DNA from: Eledone cirrhosa
Lineage: Eukaryota
Length of the DNA stretch: 64,000 nt
Reading direction: 5' to 3'
NCBI GenBank assembly: GCA_964016885.1
Contig: CAXHJY010001687.1
Span: 1 to 64,000 of the forward strand
Shown: one piece after another, positions 1-13,290 of the stretch
Numbering within the stretch: position 1 is the stretch's first letter
Layout of the letters: each line of letters opens with the position of its first letter
Made by a program: the position numbers and the translations under genes
The notes under the pieces: generated by a model
The model's input: only the letters and a program-made list of their open reading frames with translations
Database searches by the model: none
Told to the model about the DNA's origin: nothing

Positions 1-1660
1 GCCATTCTGGGGAAAGTGGATAAGGTGAAGAGGGCCACCAATTCCTACATCAACAATATCTTGATAGATGAGACCATGGTATCGACAGCAGAGCTCTCAA
101 GCCACCTAGGAAGGTTTGGGTTAACCACGAAACTACCAGAGACAATGGAAGGAGAAGCCGTACTGGGACTCAAGCTGCGAAGAAACAAGAAAGGGAAACT
201 GGTATTTCAGAAAGGAAATGAAGTCCCAGAACTGGGTACAAACATGGACAAACGAGAACTTTTTTCAATAAGTGGGAAATTGATGGGCCACTATCCAATT
301 TCGGAGTGGCTCCGAACTGCATGCAGCTATATCAAGATATGAGCAGACAGGATGAGCTGGGGAGACAGGGTAGGAGAGAGGACGGTGGCCATGATACAGG
401 AGATCGTGTAGAGGGTAAAGGCCAATGACCCAGCAAGAGAAAGCTAGTATGTACCCAAACTGGAGAACAGTACTCTATGGTATGATACCAGCAGCATAGA
501 GCTAGGGCTCTCTCTGGAAATAGGGAGTGTTGAGGTCAAGAACGCAGGCTGGTTCAGGAAAAAGGAGAACTATAACCACATCATGTCCAAATTGGACGCC
601 TTGCTGAGGGGAGTGAATCTCGTCATGAGATGGGTGGGGGCTGCATACCATAGAGATTCATACTGATTTGGTCACTGTACTTGGATGGCTGAGATCAGTA
701 CTTACTAGTGAGAGGAGGGTGCAAATGAGAGGGGTGGCAGAAAAGTTAATAAAGTACTGCTTGGGAACTCTGAAAGAGTAGGCTGTTGAGTTCAGCCTGA
801 AATTGAGTGTGCTCTTTGTGCCCTCCGAGAAAAATAGGGTGGGCATCCTAACCAGGGTGAAGAAAGCATGGCTGGAAACGCCAGAGGATATAGAAAAGGG
901 GATAGCTGCAATGAGTCAGCTGAGTGACTCAGAGTTGAGGAAGTTGCATACCATGCATCATATGGGAGTGGACACGGCCCTGTTCCTAGCCAGGAAAGTC
1001 GACTCCAGCATTACCAAACAGAGTGTCCAGAAAGTGATTGGGAGTTGCGACAGATGTCAGTCTATCAACACCACCCCAAGCATGCACAAGACGGATAACA
1101 TTGCAGCGCAGCACAACTGGAAGCGATTAGCAGTGGAGGTGACTAACTGCTGACAGAGGATGTATCTCTCGATGATGGATTGTAGGCCTGAGTGGATTGA
1201 AATATGGAGGGAGATGAAAACAGGGGCTGCAGATGAAATTGCACTGACGCTGAAAGAGATATTCTTGGAGTGGGGCCCTGTCGATGAACTGTTAATAGAT
1301 AACAGCACAGCGTTTCGCTTGGCGGTACTAAAGGAGATGCTTGGCAGGTGGAATATGAGCTGCTTCTTCAGAGCAGTGTACAGGCTGAGTGGAAATGGGA
1401 TTTTGAAAAACACCATTGCACAATCAAGTCCATGGCGGAAAGGAAACCCATTTCACCAAAGGTGGTGTTCTGGTACGTCTCTTCGAGTGGGACAGGCCAA
1501 GGACAGGTCACATCGGGTCAAGTGGGACAGGCCACATCAGGTGATATATAAATATGAATGACAACATCCATGCTCATTATTGCTGGCCTTGTGCCTATAT
1601 AACCGTTATTACAACAACCTGTGGAAGAGAGAGAGAATGCGTTCATACAAGTGGGCGAAT
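1..1660 (+). mobile_element. Degenerate Gypsy/Ty3-like LTR retrotransposon pol remnant (RT end, RNase H region, integrase)
   Basis: ORF 803-1153 has an integrase HHCC zinc motif (HTMHHMG...CDRC). ORF 1160-1561 has integrase core-like YLSMMDC and FLEWGPVDELLIDNSTAF. The region is broken by stops and frameshifts; the right boundary is approximate. Confidence 0.8.
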
Positions 1661-1871
1661 GCACATTGCACATCTCAATTATGAAAGGGAATGGTAATAG
1701 CTGTAAATATCCGAAACAAGGCGTCTGTGGACAGAATGCCGTATCACGTTTTAGATGGACTTTAGCATCTGAAACTACTCGCATTTTCTTATTCTAAATA
1801 TACACCGTCATTCCAATGTGGATAAAGTGCGTAGAGTGTTTGATTTGAATTGCATCAATATTTACCTAAGA

Positions 1872-1872
<1 letters not shown>

Positions 1873-1958
<86 letters not shown>
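1873..1958. repeat. (TA)n-(GA)n compound microsatellite
   Basis: Directly visible. Confidence 0.95.
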
Positions 1959-2592
1959 CGCACACACAAAGCAGAACTACCTACAGTTTAGTACCCACTT
2001 TACTTTCCCATAACTTTCTTAATTAACTTTTTTTGTCATCTCAGTTGATGTTTGTAATTTATTTGTGATCTTAAAACGAAGGACTACTTTAAATTAATAT
2101 TATGTGTCATACTAGTTTTTTTTACAAGGCAGCATACTACTTCCAGGCATATACGAAAGTGGAAAAATAAAAATGTTTTATAAGCAATTACGTAATATCT
2201 TTGATTCATGCGCACATGCAATTTTTTTTAGTAAGGGTGATAACTCTTCTACTAATCACTCACTGATGTGAAGTTACTCCAACATAGGATGCGATATATC
2301 TGAATTTAAAGGTTAGTGGAAAATAATAACAATAGCTCTTATGATTGTTGTTTATATATATATATGTAAGTATATATATATATATGTATATAAATATATA
2401 TATATATAAATATATATATATAGTTTATTCCGGGTTCAATCGGGGGTAACCACAGCTTTTCCGAATTAAACAGTTCTAGTCCTGTAGAAGCCATTTCTAT
2501 ATTATATATATCAAACGAATCGAATATTATTATTAATATTCGAAAAACTCAGATTACATTTATTGTATGTAGAGCGATAAACTATTTGTTAG

Positions 2593-2648
<56 letters not shown>

Positions 2649-3633
2649 TTATCTTGGTGGAATATATGTTGCATTAGAAAGCATTTTTTAATGTGCTTAT
2701 ATATTTCGAAAACATCGAAGGTAGGTTTAAAATTCATAGCAAATGTAGGGACTTCAGACGCAGAAAATAACTGAAACCGCAATCGATTGCTATAAATAAT
2801 AGCTTAGAAAATCTCGTAAAAAAAAAAACCTATAGACGGAAAAAAGTAGTCAAGCAGCCGCTACGAAGTATCGAACTCCGTAGTGAATGCAGTAATTATT
2901 ATTCACCACGTTTATTTACAATTTAAATAAGTTGACAATACAATGTGACTTACTCATACTTAGAGTTTTTTTGTCAGTCGATTGGTTTGTTTTCTCTGAA
3001 ACAGAATCGATATAGAATTCTGTAGAGGCTCATTGACTACACTACAGAATAGAATATATTCGCGACACAATTTAGTTATAAATTCTGCAAGTCCGGAATT
3101 TCCGGGTTCTCTAAAATGGCGTCACTTTCTAATAGATGTTAGCAATATTTGTTGGCAAATTCTGACCTAAATAAATTTCATAATCATTAAAGGAAAATTT
3201 TAATTAATTAAATAATTCTGAAGAAATTCACTCCTGTTATCCTTGCTTAACTATATTTCAATCATCGATCTCATAAAGTTCATATTTCGATATCAACAAG
3301 AGATAGCTCCTCGAAAACTGTAAAGATAGACATACAATCCTACACGCACCTGCAAATATAAATTCTTGGGTTTGTTATTCAGTATTTCGCGGCTTGTTAA
3401 TTATTTGAGGGAAGTAATTTATAAATATACAATGTTTTTATTGTTTCTAAAAAATTTTGAACAGCATTCATACGACGGCATACGCCTAGTTTCTAGAAAA
3501 GAGCAATTCTCTACCGATTCAAGCCTTAGTGAATCTAGGATAGTGAAACTAATGGAATAGCTGAGAGAAAACATCACCGTCTTCAAAAACACAGATGTTA
3601 AAGAACTACACTATTAGTTATGGGTAAATACAT

Positions 3634-3682
<49 letters not shown>

Positions 3683-3700
3683 GTGTGTATATATATACGT

Positions 3701-3830
3701 AGGGTTTTATAAATATAGTTTAGATTTTTTAATATCGTATTTTTACTCCAATTATTTGTTGAGTGCTTTATATCAGTTATAAAAATATTTGCTTGTTGTA
3801 TCCCAACAATTTAAATAGAACTTTTACATA
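3701..3830 (+). mobile_element. Diverged 3' fragment of the hammerhead-bearing element family at 13291-13573
   Basis: ggttttataaatatagttt...gagtgctttatatcagttataaa...ttgtatcccaacaatttaaatagaactttt aligns with 13447-13572; flanked by TA arrays. Confidence 0.75.
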
Positions 3831-4112
3831 TACGTGTATATATATATATATATATGTGTGTATATATATATATATACGTGTATATATCTATATATATACG
3901 TGTATATATATATATGTGTGTGTATATATATATGTGTGTGTGTATATATATACGTGTGTATATATATAGATATACGTGTATATATATATATATACGTGTG
4001 TATATATATATATACGTGTGTGTATATATATATATACGTGTGTATATATATATATGCGTGTGTGTATATACGTGTATATATATATACTTGTATATATATA
4101 TATATATATACT

Positions 4113-4147
<35 letters not shown>

Positions 4148-4206
4148 GTGTATAGATATATATGTGTGTGTATATATATATATACGTGTGTATATATATA
4201 TATATA
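3829..4206. repeat. (TA)n/(TG)/(CG)-interrupted microsatellite
   Basis: Directly visible. Confidence 0.95.
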
Positions 4207-4815
4207 TGGTGGCTGCCAACTCGTTTTCGAGTACGGCCACTACTTTATATCCATGTAGGAGAACCCCTACCGATGCGCTGAACGAGTGTGACTTTTTAGT
4301 CCAGCTAGTGACTTGAAAACTCTGGTACAAACACTACACCTGTGACAATTATTGACACATAGTGCTGGGCCCATGGTACCATGTGACGACAAGTGCAGAG
4401 AGATCTCCAGATATAAAGCAATGCCTGTGCCGTGAAGCTTTTATAGTGAGCAAAGCCACTGCACAAAGCCAGTCCCTCTCTCTTAACCAAGATGATATTT
4501 ACCAAAAAGAAGAACAAGTCAACATCATTGGATACCATCAGAGTTGCAGGTGTTATATCACAGTTTTCCTTCTCCTAGAATTCTGCCTTGACAAAGGCTA
4601 AGGGGTCATCTCTCCCAGTGATTTTGGATGGCCATTGACTCTTAAGAGCTCCTTTGCCCTTTGACAGGTTTTGTTTTTAGTCCTGCAGGATGTCCAAAGT
4701 CACCCTCCTCACCAAGAAACCTTGGTGGGGTTGCCAGTTTAGTCGCCAACGACCCGACCATGTGACAGGTTGTACTGGGATACATGTTACCAGTAGCACC
4801 AACTGGTGACCTGAC
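4206..4815 (-). mobile_element. Non-autonomous ~600-bp element whose head is shared with the 5' leader of the RTE-like LINE at 22897
   Basis: Near-identical inverted copy at 49459-50024. Its first ~150 nt match 22900-23070. No ORF; TA-flanked. Confidence 0.8.
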
Positions 4816-4875
4816 ATATATATATATATATACACGTATATACATATACATACATGTGTATATATATATACACGT

Positions 4876-7433
4876 ATCATCATCTCCGTTTTACGTCCGT
4901 TCTTCCATGCTAGCATGGGTTAGACGGGTTGTCCTGTTGTGGGCAGTGTCTGGTCGGCTGACCATGCCTTGCTCATACAGGAACTGATTTGGCTTGATTT
5001 CTACAGCCGGATGCCCTTCCTAACACCAACCTCATTTACAGTGTGGGCTGGGTGCTTTTTTGCCGTGGCACCTCCACGACCACCTTGCAGTGGGGGTTGT
5101 GGGGGCATATTGTCTATATGCTTCAGCTTGTACCCATGAGAGGTCGGGTACTCTGTATTACTGCGTGACGCCAGAGGTCACGGTTGTGTGTCATCGCCTT
5201 TGAGAGGTGTAATTGGGTAAGGTCGGCTTTTATCACCTCATCCCAGGTCATCTTGGGTCTCCCCACTCCGCGATTTCCATCAACTTCTAGTGCTCTGCAC
5301 CTTTTTATGCAGCTGTCATCCTTCATACGCATCACATTTCCATACCAACGCAACCGCCTCTCCTGCACACAGCATTTGATTCCTCTTATGCTCAGTCTCT
5401 CTCTCAATTCATTTATGCTTTGTCGTTCGCGTATATTACTATTACACATCCATCGGAGCATGCAGGCTTCGTTTCTCTCTAATCTACGTAAGTCTTCCAC
5501 CTTCAGCGCCCAGGTCTCACTACCATGCAACATTGCTGTTCGGATACACGCATCATACAGTCTGCCTTTCATTCTGAGGGAGAAGCCTTTTGCAGCTAGC
5601 AGTGGTAGTAGTTCCCTAAACTTCTTCCATCCCGTTCTTACCCTAGTTATTGTACTTTCTGAACACCCACCTCCGCTGCTAATTCGGTCACCTAGGTAGC
5701 AGAAGCTGTCTACTGTTTCTACAGAGCCCTCCCAGAGATTGGTGGTACTTGTTTCCTGTGGCTGTTTGCTGCTTGCTGTATCAGCACAGCTGCTGCATGT
5801 GAAGCCTACATTCTTAATTAAGCTTCCTGAGATCCTGCTACATCTCTTGTGTACCCATTGTTTGCATTTGGGGCAGAGGATGAAGTCCTACCTACACCTT
5901 TCCTACATACTGGCTTCGTTTCTTTCTAATCTACGTAAGTCTTCCACCTTCAGCGCCCAGGTCTCACTACCATGTAACATTGCTGTTCGGATACACGCAT
6001 CATACAGTCTGCCTTTCATTTTGAGGGAGAAGCCTTTTGCAGCTAGCAGTGGTAGTAGCTTCTTCCATCCCGTTCTTACCCTAGTTATTGTCTACTGTTT
6101 CTACAGAACCCTCCCAGAGTTTGGTCGTGCTTGTTTCCTTTGATCGTTCACTGTTTGTTGTCTCAGCACAGCTGCTACATATGAAGCCTACATTTCTTAA
6201 TTATACTTCCTGAGATCCCACTACATCTCTTGTGTACCCATTGTTTGCATTTCGGGCAGAGGATGAAGTCCTACCTACACCTTTCCTACATACTGAGCAA
6301 GGCCATTTCCCTGACGGAATCTGGGTTCTGTTTTCTCGTCTACTTACAAGAACCTTAGTCTTTGTCAGGTTGACTCTGAGGCCCCTTCTTTCTAGTCCCT
6401 GTTTCCATGTTTAGAATTTCTTCTCTAGTTCCACCATGAATTCAGCTATAATTGCGAGATCATTCACATACAGGAGTTCTTATGGGCATCCGGTCTTAAA
6501 CTCCTCCGTTATTGCCTGAAAAACTATAATGAACAGGAGAGGGCTAAGAACAGAGCTCTGGTGGACACCGACCTGTATGCTAAATTCCTCGCTATAGTCA
6601 TTGCTAACCCTAACTTTGCTGACTGCTCCTCTATACATGGCTTGTACAGCTTTCACAAGCCATTCATCTACTCCTAATTTTCTAAGAGCGGTGGGCTCTT
6701 AGAAAATTAGGAGTAGATTATAGCACAGGGGACTCTGTTGAAGGCTTTTTACAGATCGACGAATGCCAGGTAGAGTGGCTTACTTTTAGCTAGGTACTTT
6801 TCCTGTAACTGCCTCACAAAAAAGAGAGCATCAGTGGTGCCTTTTCCTGGTACAAACCCAAATTGCATCTCATCTAGTTTCACCCGGTCCCTAATCAACT
6901 GTGCTATAACTCTTTCTGTTACTTTCATGACCTGGTCCATCAGCTTTATACCTCTCTAGTTTCCTCTATCTAGTGCATCACCTTTATCTTTGTAGCAGTT
7001 GACAATGATGCTGTTGCACCAATCCTTTGGTATGATACCCTCTAGTATTACCTGGTTAACAATTCGTGTGGTTATGGTGTGACCTACCAACCCAGATGCC
7101 TTCAGCATCTCAGCAGCTAAGCCCGATGGACCGGTTGCCTTCCCTGTCGTCATATCTTTGATTGCCTTACTTACTACGCTGTTGCTGACTTGTACTGCTG
7201 GCCCATCTATAGGGTCCACTTGGGGTAGGGTCTCTTTTCCCCATGTATTCTCCTCGTTTAGTAATCTTACATAATGGCTCTTCCACGCATCTTTCTTCTC
7301 AGCACTTGTGAGGGCAAGCTCACCTTTATCATGCCGGATACACTTCTCTCCAATGGTATCACAATTCTCTCTGACACACTGCCTCGCAATCTTGAACACC
7401 TCCTGTTTCTGGTCCTCACATTGCAAAACATGC
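4876..7433 (-). mobile_element. RTE-clade LINE, subfamily A, 5'-truncated and disrupted, with internal tandem duplication and a fold-back
   Basis: RT fragments (QFGFVPGKGTTDA, LAFVDL, RLRWYG, GRPKMTW) and a (GAT)n tail at 4876. Segment 5911-6270 re-copies 5465-5905. Confidence 0.92.
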
Positions 7434-7486
7434 TATGTATATATATATATGTGTGTATATATGTATATATATATATATATATATAT

Positions 7487-9056
7487 CGTCGACTTGGAGA
7501 AAGCCTTCGACAGAGTCCCCCGTTCCATTATCTGGTGGGCTCTTAGAAAACTAGGCTTCCGAGAGCTATACAAGCCTTGTATAAAGAAACAGTCAGCAAG
7601 GTTAGAATTAACAACGAATATAGTGAAGAGTTTAGTGTAAAAGTTGGTGTTCATCAGGGCTCTGTTCTTAGCCCCCTACTATTTATTATTGCCCTCCAGG
7701 CTATAACAGTGGAGTTCAAGACCGGCTGCCCATGGGAACTCCTATACGCAGATGATCTAACGCTCATAGCTGAATCAATGGCCGAGCTAGAGAAGAAATT
7801 CCAAACATGGAAGCACGGCCTAGAATCAAAAGGCCTTAAAATTAACCTGGCTAAGACTAAAGTTCTAGTTTGTAGGAAAGAAAATAAGGCGCTGGTCCCT
7901 TCTGGGAAATGGCCATGTTCAGTGTGTAGGAAAGGCGTAGGTAGAAACTCCATTTTATGTCCCAAATGCAAAGTATGGGTGCATAAAAGATGTAGTGGGA
8001 TCACAGATAAGCTAACTAAGAACATAGATTTTACATGTGGCCGGTGTTCTGGGGCAATAAGTAGCAGCAAGTGCCCAAAAAATACTAGCTCTTTCAACTG
8101 CGCAGAGGGTTCTATAGAAATAGTGGACAGCTTCCGTTACCTGGGTGACAAAATCAGCAGTGGGGGAGGGTGCTCTGAAAGTACAGTAGCTAGAGTCAGA
8201 ACTGGGTGGAAAAAGTTCAGAGAGCTTATACCACTATTAGCCGCGAAAGGGTTCTCCCTAAAAATGAAAGGCAGGTTGTACGATGCCTGCATACGAACAG
8301 CATTGTGTGCAGAGGATATACGCAGAATAGAGAGAAACGAAGCTTGCATGCTCCGCTGGATGTGTAATAGTAATATACGTGAACGACAAAGCATAAACGA
8401 ACTAAGGAAAAAATTAGAAATAAGAGGGATCAGATGTTGTTTACTCGAGAGAAGGCTACGTTGGTATGGTCACGTGATGCGCATGAAGGACGATAGCTGT
8501 ATAACAAAGTGCAGGGCAATAAAGATAGACGGTAGCCACGGAATAGGCAGACCCAGAAAAACCTGGGACGAGCTGATAAACTCCGACCTCACACACTTAC
8601 ACCTCACCAAGACGATGTCACTGGACCGACACCTTTGGCGGTTCTCAGTAATAGAGAAGACTCGCCTTACCTAAATACAAAGTAAAACCTACTACAGCCA
8701 GTAGGCATCTCTAACAAAATACACCCCCGTCCCACCACCCCCACCCCATCCACACCGCCCCCTTCTATGTAAAGTTATGTTGGTGCCACACCATCCAGGC
8801 CGAAACAAATGAGATCGTGTAGGTGTCACGACAAAAAAACACACAGTCCACGCTGTAATGTGGCCGTGTAGGCAACACAGTAAAAACCTCCCAGCCCCAC
8901 ACTGTAAATGTGGTTGGTGTTAGGAAGGGCATCCAACTGTAGAAAACCTGCCAGACAGTCCTATGCGAGCAAGACAATCACTCTTGCCTCAAGTGGGAAA
9001 AGCCCCGTCCAAACCCATGCAAGCGTGGAACACGGACGTTAAACGTTGATGATGAT
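7487..9056 (+). mobile_element. RTE-clade LINE, subfamily B, 5'-truncated
   Basis: ORF 7577-8674 has [17 protein letters not shown], a PHD-like finger and RLRWYGHV; the 3' UTR ends aaacgttgatgatgat. Confidence 0.93.
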
Positions 9057-9069
9057 CATATATATATAT

Positions 9070-9262
9070 GCAAGCAGGGAAAAGCGAACATAAAATGATG
9101 ATGATGTATATATATCATCATCATCATCATCATCACCGTTTTACGTCCGTTCTTCCACGCTAGCATGGGTTAGACGGGTTGTCCTGTTGTGGGCAGTGTC
9201 TGGTCGGCTGACCATGCCTTGCTCATACAGGAACTGATCTGGCTTGATTTCTACAGCTGGAT
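9070..9262. mobile_element. Two extreme 3'-end RTE stubs: subfamily C tail (+, 9070-9105) and subfamily A tail (-, 9114-9262)
   Basis: gcaagcagggaaaagcgaacataaaatgatgatgat matches the C 3' end; 9114-9262 matches 35063-35208. Confidence 0.8.
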
Positions 9263-9274
9263 GTATATATATAT

Positions 9275-12200
9275 ATCATCATCATCATCATTTTACGTCC
9301 GCTTTTCCCTGCTTGAAAGGGTGGGACGGCTCTTATTCAGCACAGCATCTCTCCACTCGTCACGGTCCCTCGTCATCTCCACCGTGAGCTTCAATGATCT
9401 GAGGTCTGTTCTCACCACCTCCGCCCATGTTTTTCGTGGTCTGCCTCTACCACGTCTTCCTTCAACTGGCATTTCCTGGCACTTCTTCACCCATCGGTCA
9501 TCCTCCATGCGCATCACATGTCCATACCACCTCAGTCTCCTCTCCCGTACACTACATTCTATCCCTCTCAGACACATTCTCTCTCTCAACACATTTATGC
9601 TGGGTCGTTCACGCACATTTACACTACACATCCAACGGAGCATGCTTGCCTCATTTCTCTCCAGCCGTCGCATATCCTCTGCAGTTGCTGCCCATGTCTC
9701 ACTACCATGCAGCATCGCGCTCCTCACACAGGCATCATACAACCGGCCTTTCGTACGCAGGGAGAAACCCTTCTTCGTCAACAGAGGAAGCAGCTCCCTA
9801 AACTTCTTCCAACCCGTCCTTATTCTAGATACTATGGCCTCGGAACACCCTCCTCCCATGCTAATCTGATCTCCTAGGTACCGGAAGCTATCCACCACTT
9901 CTATAGCGCCCTCTTGCATTTGAAAAATGTGTCTATCAGTGCGACTTCTACTGTCTAATTTCCCTGTACATCTACTGCATACATATTTCTCCCTACCTGT
10001 TAGTTTGCCTGCTATCCCGCTACATCTCTTGTGTACCCAGGATCTGCATTGTGTGCATTTTATAGAATTTATGCCAGTTCCTTTTCTGCATATCGAACAT
10101 GGCCATTTCCGTGACGGAATCAGGGTTTTGTCCTCTTTTCTACTCATCAACACTTTTGTCTTAGCTAGATTCACTCTCAGTCCTCTTGCTTCCAACTGCT
10201 GTTTCCATAGCCAGAATTTATTCTCTAGCTCCTCTACTGATTCTGCTATAAGAACCAGATCGTCAGTATAGAGAAGTTCCCATGGACAGCCAGTCTTAAA
10301 CTCCTCTGTTATGGCTTGGATGACTATAATGAACAAGAGCGGGCTGAGGACCGAACCCTGATGTACTCCTACTTGTATCTGGAATTCCTCACTAAACTCC
10401 ATTCCTACCCTGACTTTACTGAGAGTACCTCTGTACAAAGTTTGCACTGTCCTCACAAGCCATTCCTCAACACCTAGCTTCCTTAGGGACCACCAGATGA
10501 CAGATCGGGGTACCCTATCAAAGGCCTTCTCTAGGTCAACAAAGGCTAAGTATAGTGGTTTATTCTTCTCTAAGAACCTCTCTTGCATTTGTCTCACCAA
10601 GAAGAGGGCATCTGTTGTACTCTTCCCAGGCACAAAACCAAACTGCATCTCATCTAGTTTGACCCTTTCTCTAATTAGTTGTGCTAAAATCCTTTCTGCC
10701 ACTTTCATAACCTGATCTATCAGTTTTATACCCCTATAATTGCTCCTCTCCAAATCATCCCCTTTACCTTTGTAGCAATTTATGAGAATACTGCTGCACC
10801 AGTCTTTGGGTATGACACCACCATATATAGCCTGGTTGATGATGCGTGCAACCAGTTTAGTGCCTACGTCCCCTGATGCCTTCAGCATCTCAGCAACTAT
10901 TCCCGATGGTCCGGCAGCCTTACCATTTTTCATTTCCCTAATCGCCTCTTAGACCCTATATTCGTCAATCTCAATAGCTGGTCCCTCTGTCGGATCTACC
11001 AAGGGTAATTTCTCTCTCTCCCATTCGTTCTCCACATTCATCAGTCTCTCATAATGACATTTCCAGGCCTCCTTTTTCTGCTCATTCGTGACACTAAGTA
11101 CACCGGCATCATCCCGGACACATTTATCTCCAACAACATCCTGATTTGCATTGACACACTGCCTTGCAATGTGGAACACCGCACGCTTCTGATCTTCCCG
11201 TCGCAGAACATTGGCAAACCTCCTACTCTCTGCCTCCCTGCGTGCTAAGTACACCTGACGTCTAGCTTCTCTCTTAGTGGCTGTATATTCTTCCCTACTC
11301 CCACCCTTTTCCCAAGCCTTCCATGCTAGTCTTTTGTCTCTAATAGCCTTATCTACTGTGCTGTTCCACCACCAGGTCACTCCCTGTCTGGTTGGAGCTC
11401 TGCTCCAGCCACAGGTTTCATCAGTAGCCTGCAGAAAGTTGTCACGTAAGAACTTCCAGTTATTATCTATGTCATACGTCTCTAAATCGTCTTCTTTTTC
11501 GTCATATACATCTTGAAGGGCTTTCCTAAATTTGTATTTTAGTGAAAGGTCTTTTAGCTTCCAGACCTTTCTTCTCCACACCTTCCTATATGTCTCATTC
11601 CATCTCTTGCTTACTGAGATATCACTAACAACTAACCTATGCTGTGGGGTACATTCTTCCCCAGGGTATGCCTTGGTATTAGACACTATCTGCCTGTCCC
11701 GCTGCCTAACTAGCAGGAAGTCAATCTGGCTTATGTGCTCACCAGATTTGTAAGTTATTAGGTGATTGGCAGGTTTCTGGAAGTTTGTGTTGCATATAGT
11801 CAATGTACTCGCATCACAAAATTCAAGAAGTCTCACTCCTTCTTCATTTCTTGAACCGTAACCGTGCCCACCATGTACCCCAGTGTAACCATCCTGGAGC
11901 TGTCCAACATGACCATTGAAGTCTCCTGCTAGCATAACGATGTCTCCGTCCTCTGTCATTGTGGTTGTTTGCAAAAGTTGCTCATAAAAGCAGTCTTTCT
12001 CATCTTTGCCTAGGCCTGCTTGGGGAGCATAGAACGAGATGATTGTCAGTAGTCTCCTACCTACAACTAATCTAAGCTTAATTATTCGATTACTAACTCG
12101 AACTACCTCTATTGTCTTATTGATCCATTTCTCAGCCAGGAAAATGCCTACTCCCCCTAACCCATCATCCTTACCTACCCAGAATAGCTTATAGCTAAGA

Positions 12201-12552
12201 CGCTTGCCTACGACTAGTCTCGCAGAGGCACCTCTGCATCTCACCTCTTGCACGCAGCACACATCCACCTGCCTTCTCTCCAGCATCTCCGCAATTTCAG
12301 CAGATCTACCTCTGAGAGTGCCAACATTAAGTGTTGCAACTCTGAGATGCGACGTCTTCATATTTTTCTATGCTGTTTTGTTGCTGTGCTGATAAGCGTT
12401 TTGGCATTGATATACTGGTTGGATGCCCTTCCTAACACCAGGGCCACTTTACAGCATGGACTGGGTGCTTTTATTTGTGCCACCAGCACTAGAGAGGATG
12501 TCTCACTAGACTCAAGGGCCCTCTCTACCCCTCCATTTTACAGCATGGTCAT
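9275..12552 (-). mobile_element. Near full-length RTE-clade LINE, subfamily C (APE endonuclease + RT + PHD finger), with one nonsense mutation
   Basis: ORF 10949-12361 is an APE endonuclease (TLNVGTL, VQEVR, GDFNGHVG, QIDF, PQHR). In-frame ORF 9293-10933 is the RT. The TAA at 10949-10951 is CAA in sister copies, and the catalytic motif reads YTDD rather than YADD. (GAT)n tail. Confidence 0.95.
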
Positions 12553-12584
12553 TAAAAAAAAAAAAAAAAAAAACATTGACACAA

Positions 12585-12592
12585 CGTATATG

Positions 12593-12628
<36 letters not shown>

Positions 12629-12757
12629 TGTATATTTATTAAAATAACAGATTAAAGTTTGAGCAAAGAATACATATATATACATATATATATATATGTA
12701 TATACATATATATATATGTATATATATATATGTATATACATATATATATGTATATAC

Positions 12758-12791
<34 letters not shown>

Positions 12792-12852
12792 GTATATACA
12801 TATATATATGTATATACATATATATATGTATATACATATATATATGTATATA

Positions 12853-12887
<35 letters not shown>

Positions 12888-12950
12888 GTACATATATGTG
12901 TATATATATATATATATATATACATATATGTATATATATATATATATACA

Positions 12951-12982
<32 letters not shown>

Positions 12983-13010
12983 CATATATGTATATATATA
13001 TATATATACA

Positions 13011-13042
<32 letters not shown>

Positions 13043-13069
13043 CATATATGTATATATATATGTATATAC

Positions 13070-13102
<33 letters not shown>

Positions 13103-13113
13103 TATATACAATG

Positions 13114-13179
<66 letters not shown>

Positions 13180-13213
13180 TATATATACATATATATATAT
13201 ATGTATATATACA

Positions 13214-13290
<77 letters not shown>
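12585..13290. repeat. (TA)n/(TATG)n microsatellite array with a ~40-bp unique island (12632-12672)
   Basis: Directly visible; the island recurs at ~15921-15956. Confidence 0.9.

Noticed and set aside
2692-2762. Minus-strand CTGAAGT ... GAAATATATA
   Set aside because: Core mismatch and weak helices; could be chance in AT-rich DNA.
3218-3325. CTGAAGA ... GAAA possible hammerhead
   Set aside because: No convincing helix I, II or III.
3485-3590. Minus-strand TTGAAGA ... GAAACTAG hammerhead-like pieces
   Set aside because: Core mismatch, no UH site, no helix I.
5184-5699. Recurrent antisense ORFs (e.g. MRITCPYQR..., MKELVFCGH..., MSCSHRTVW...)
   Set aside because: Shadow frames of RTE coding regions or UTRs.
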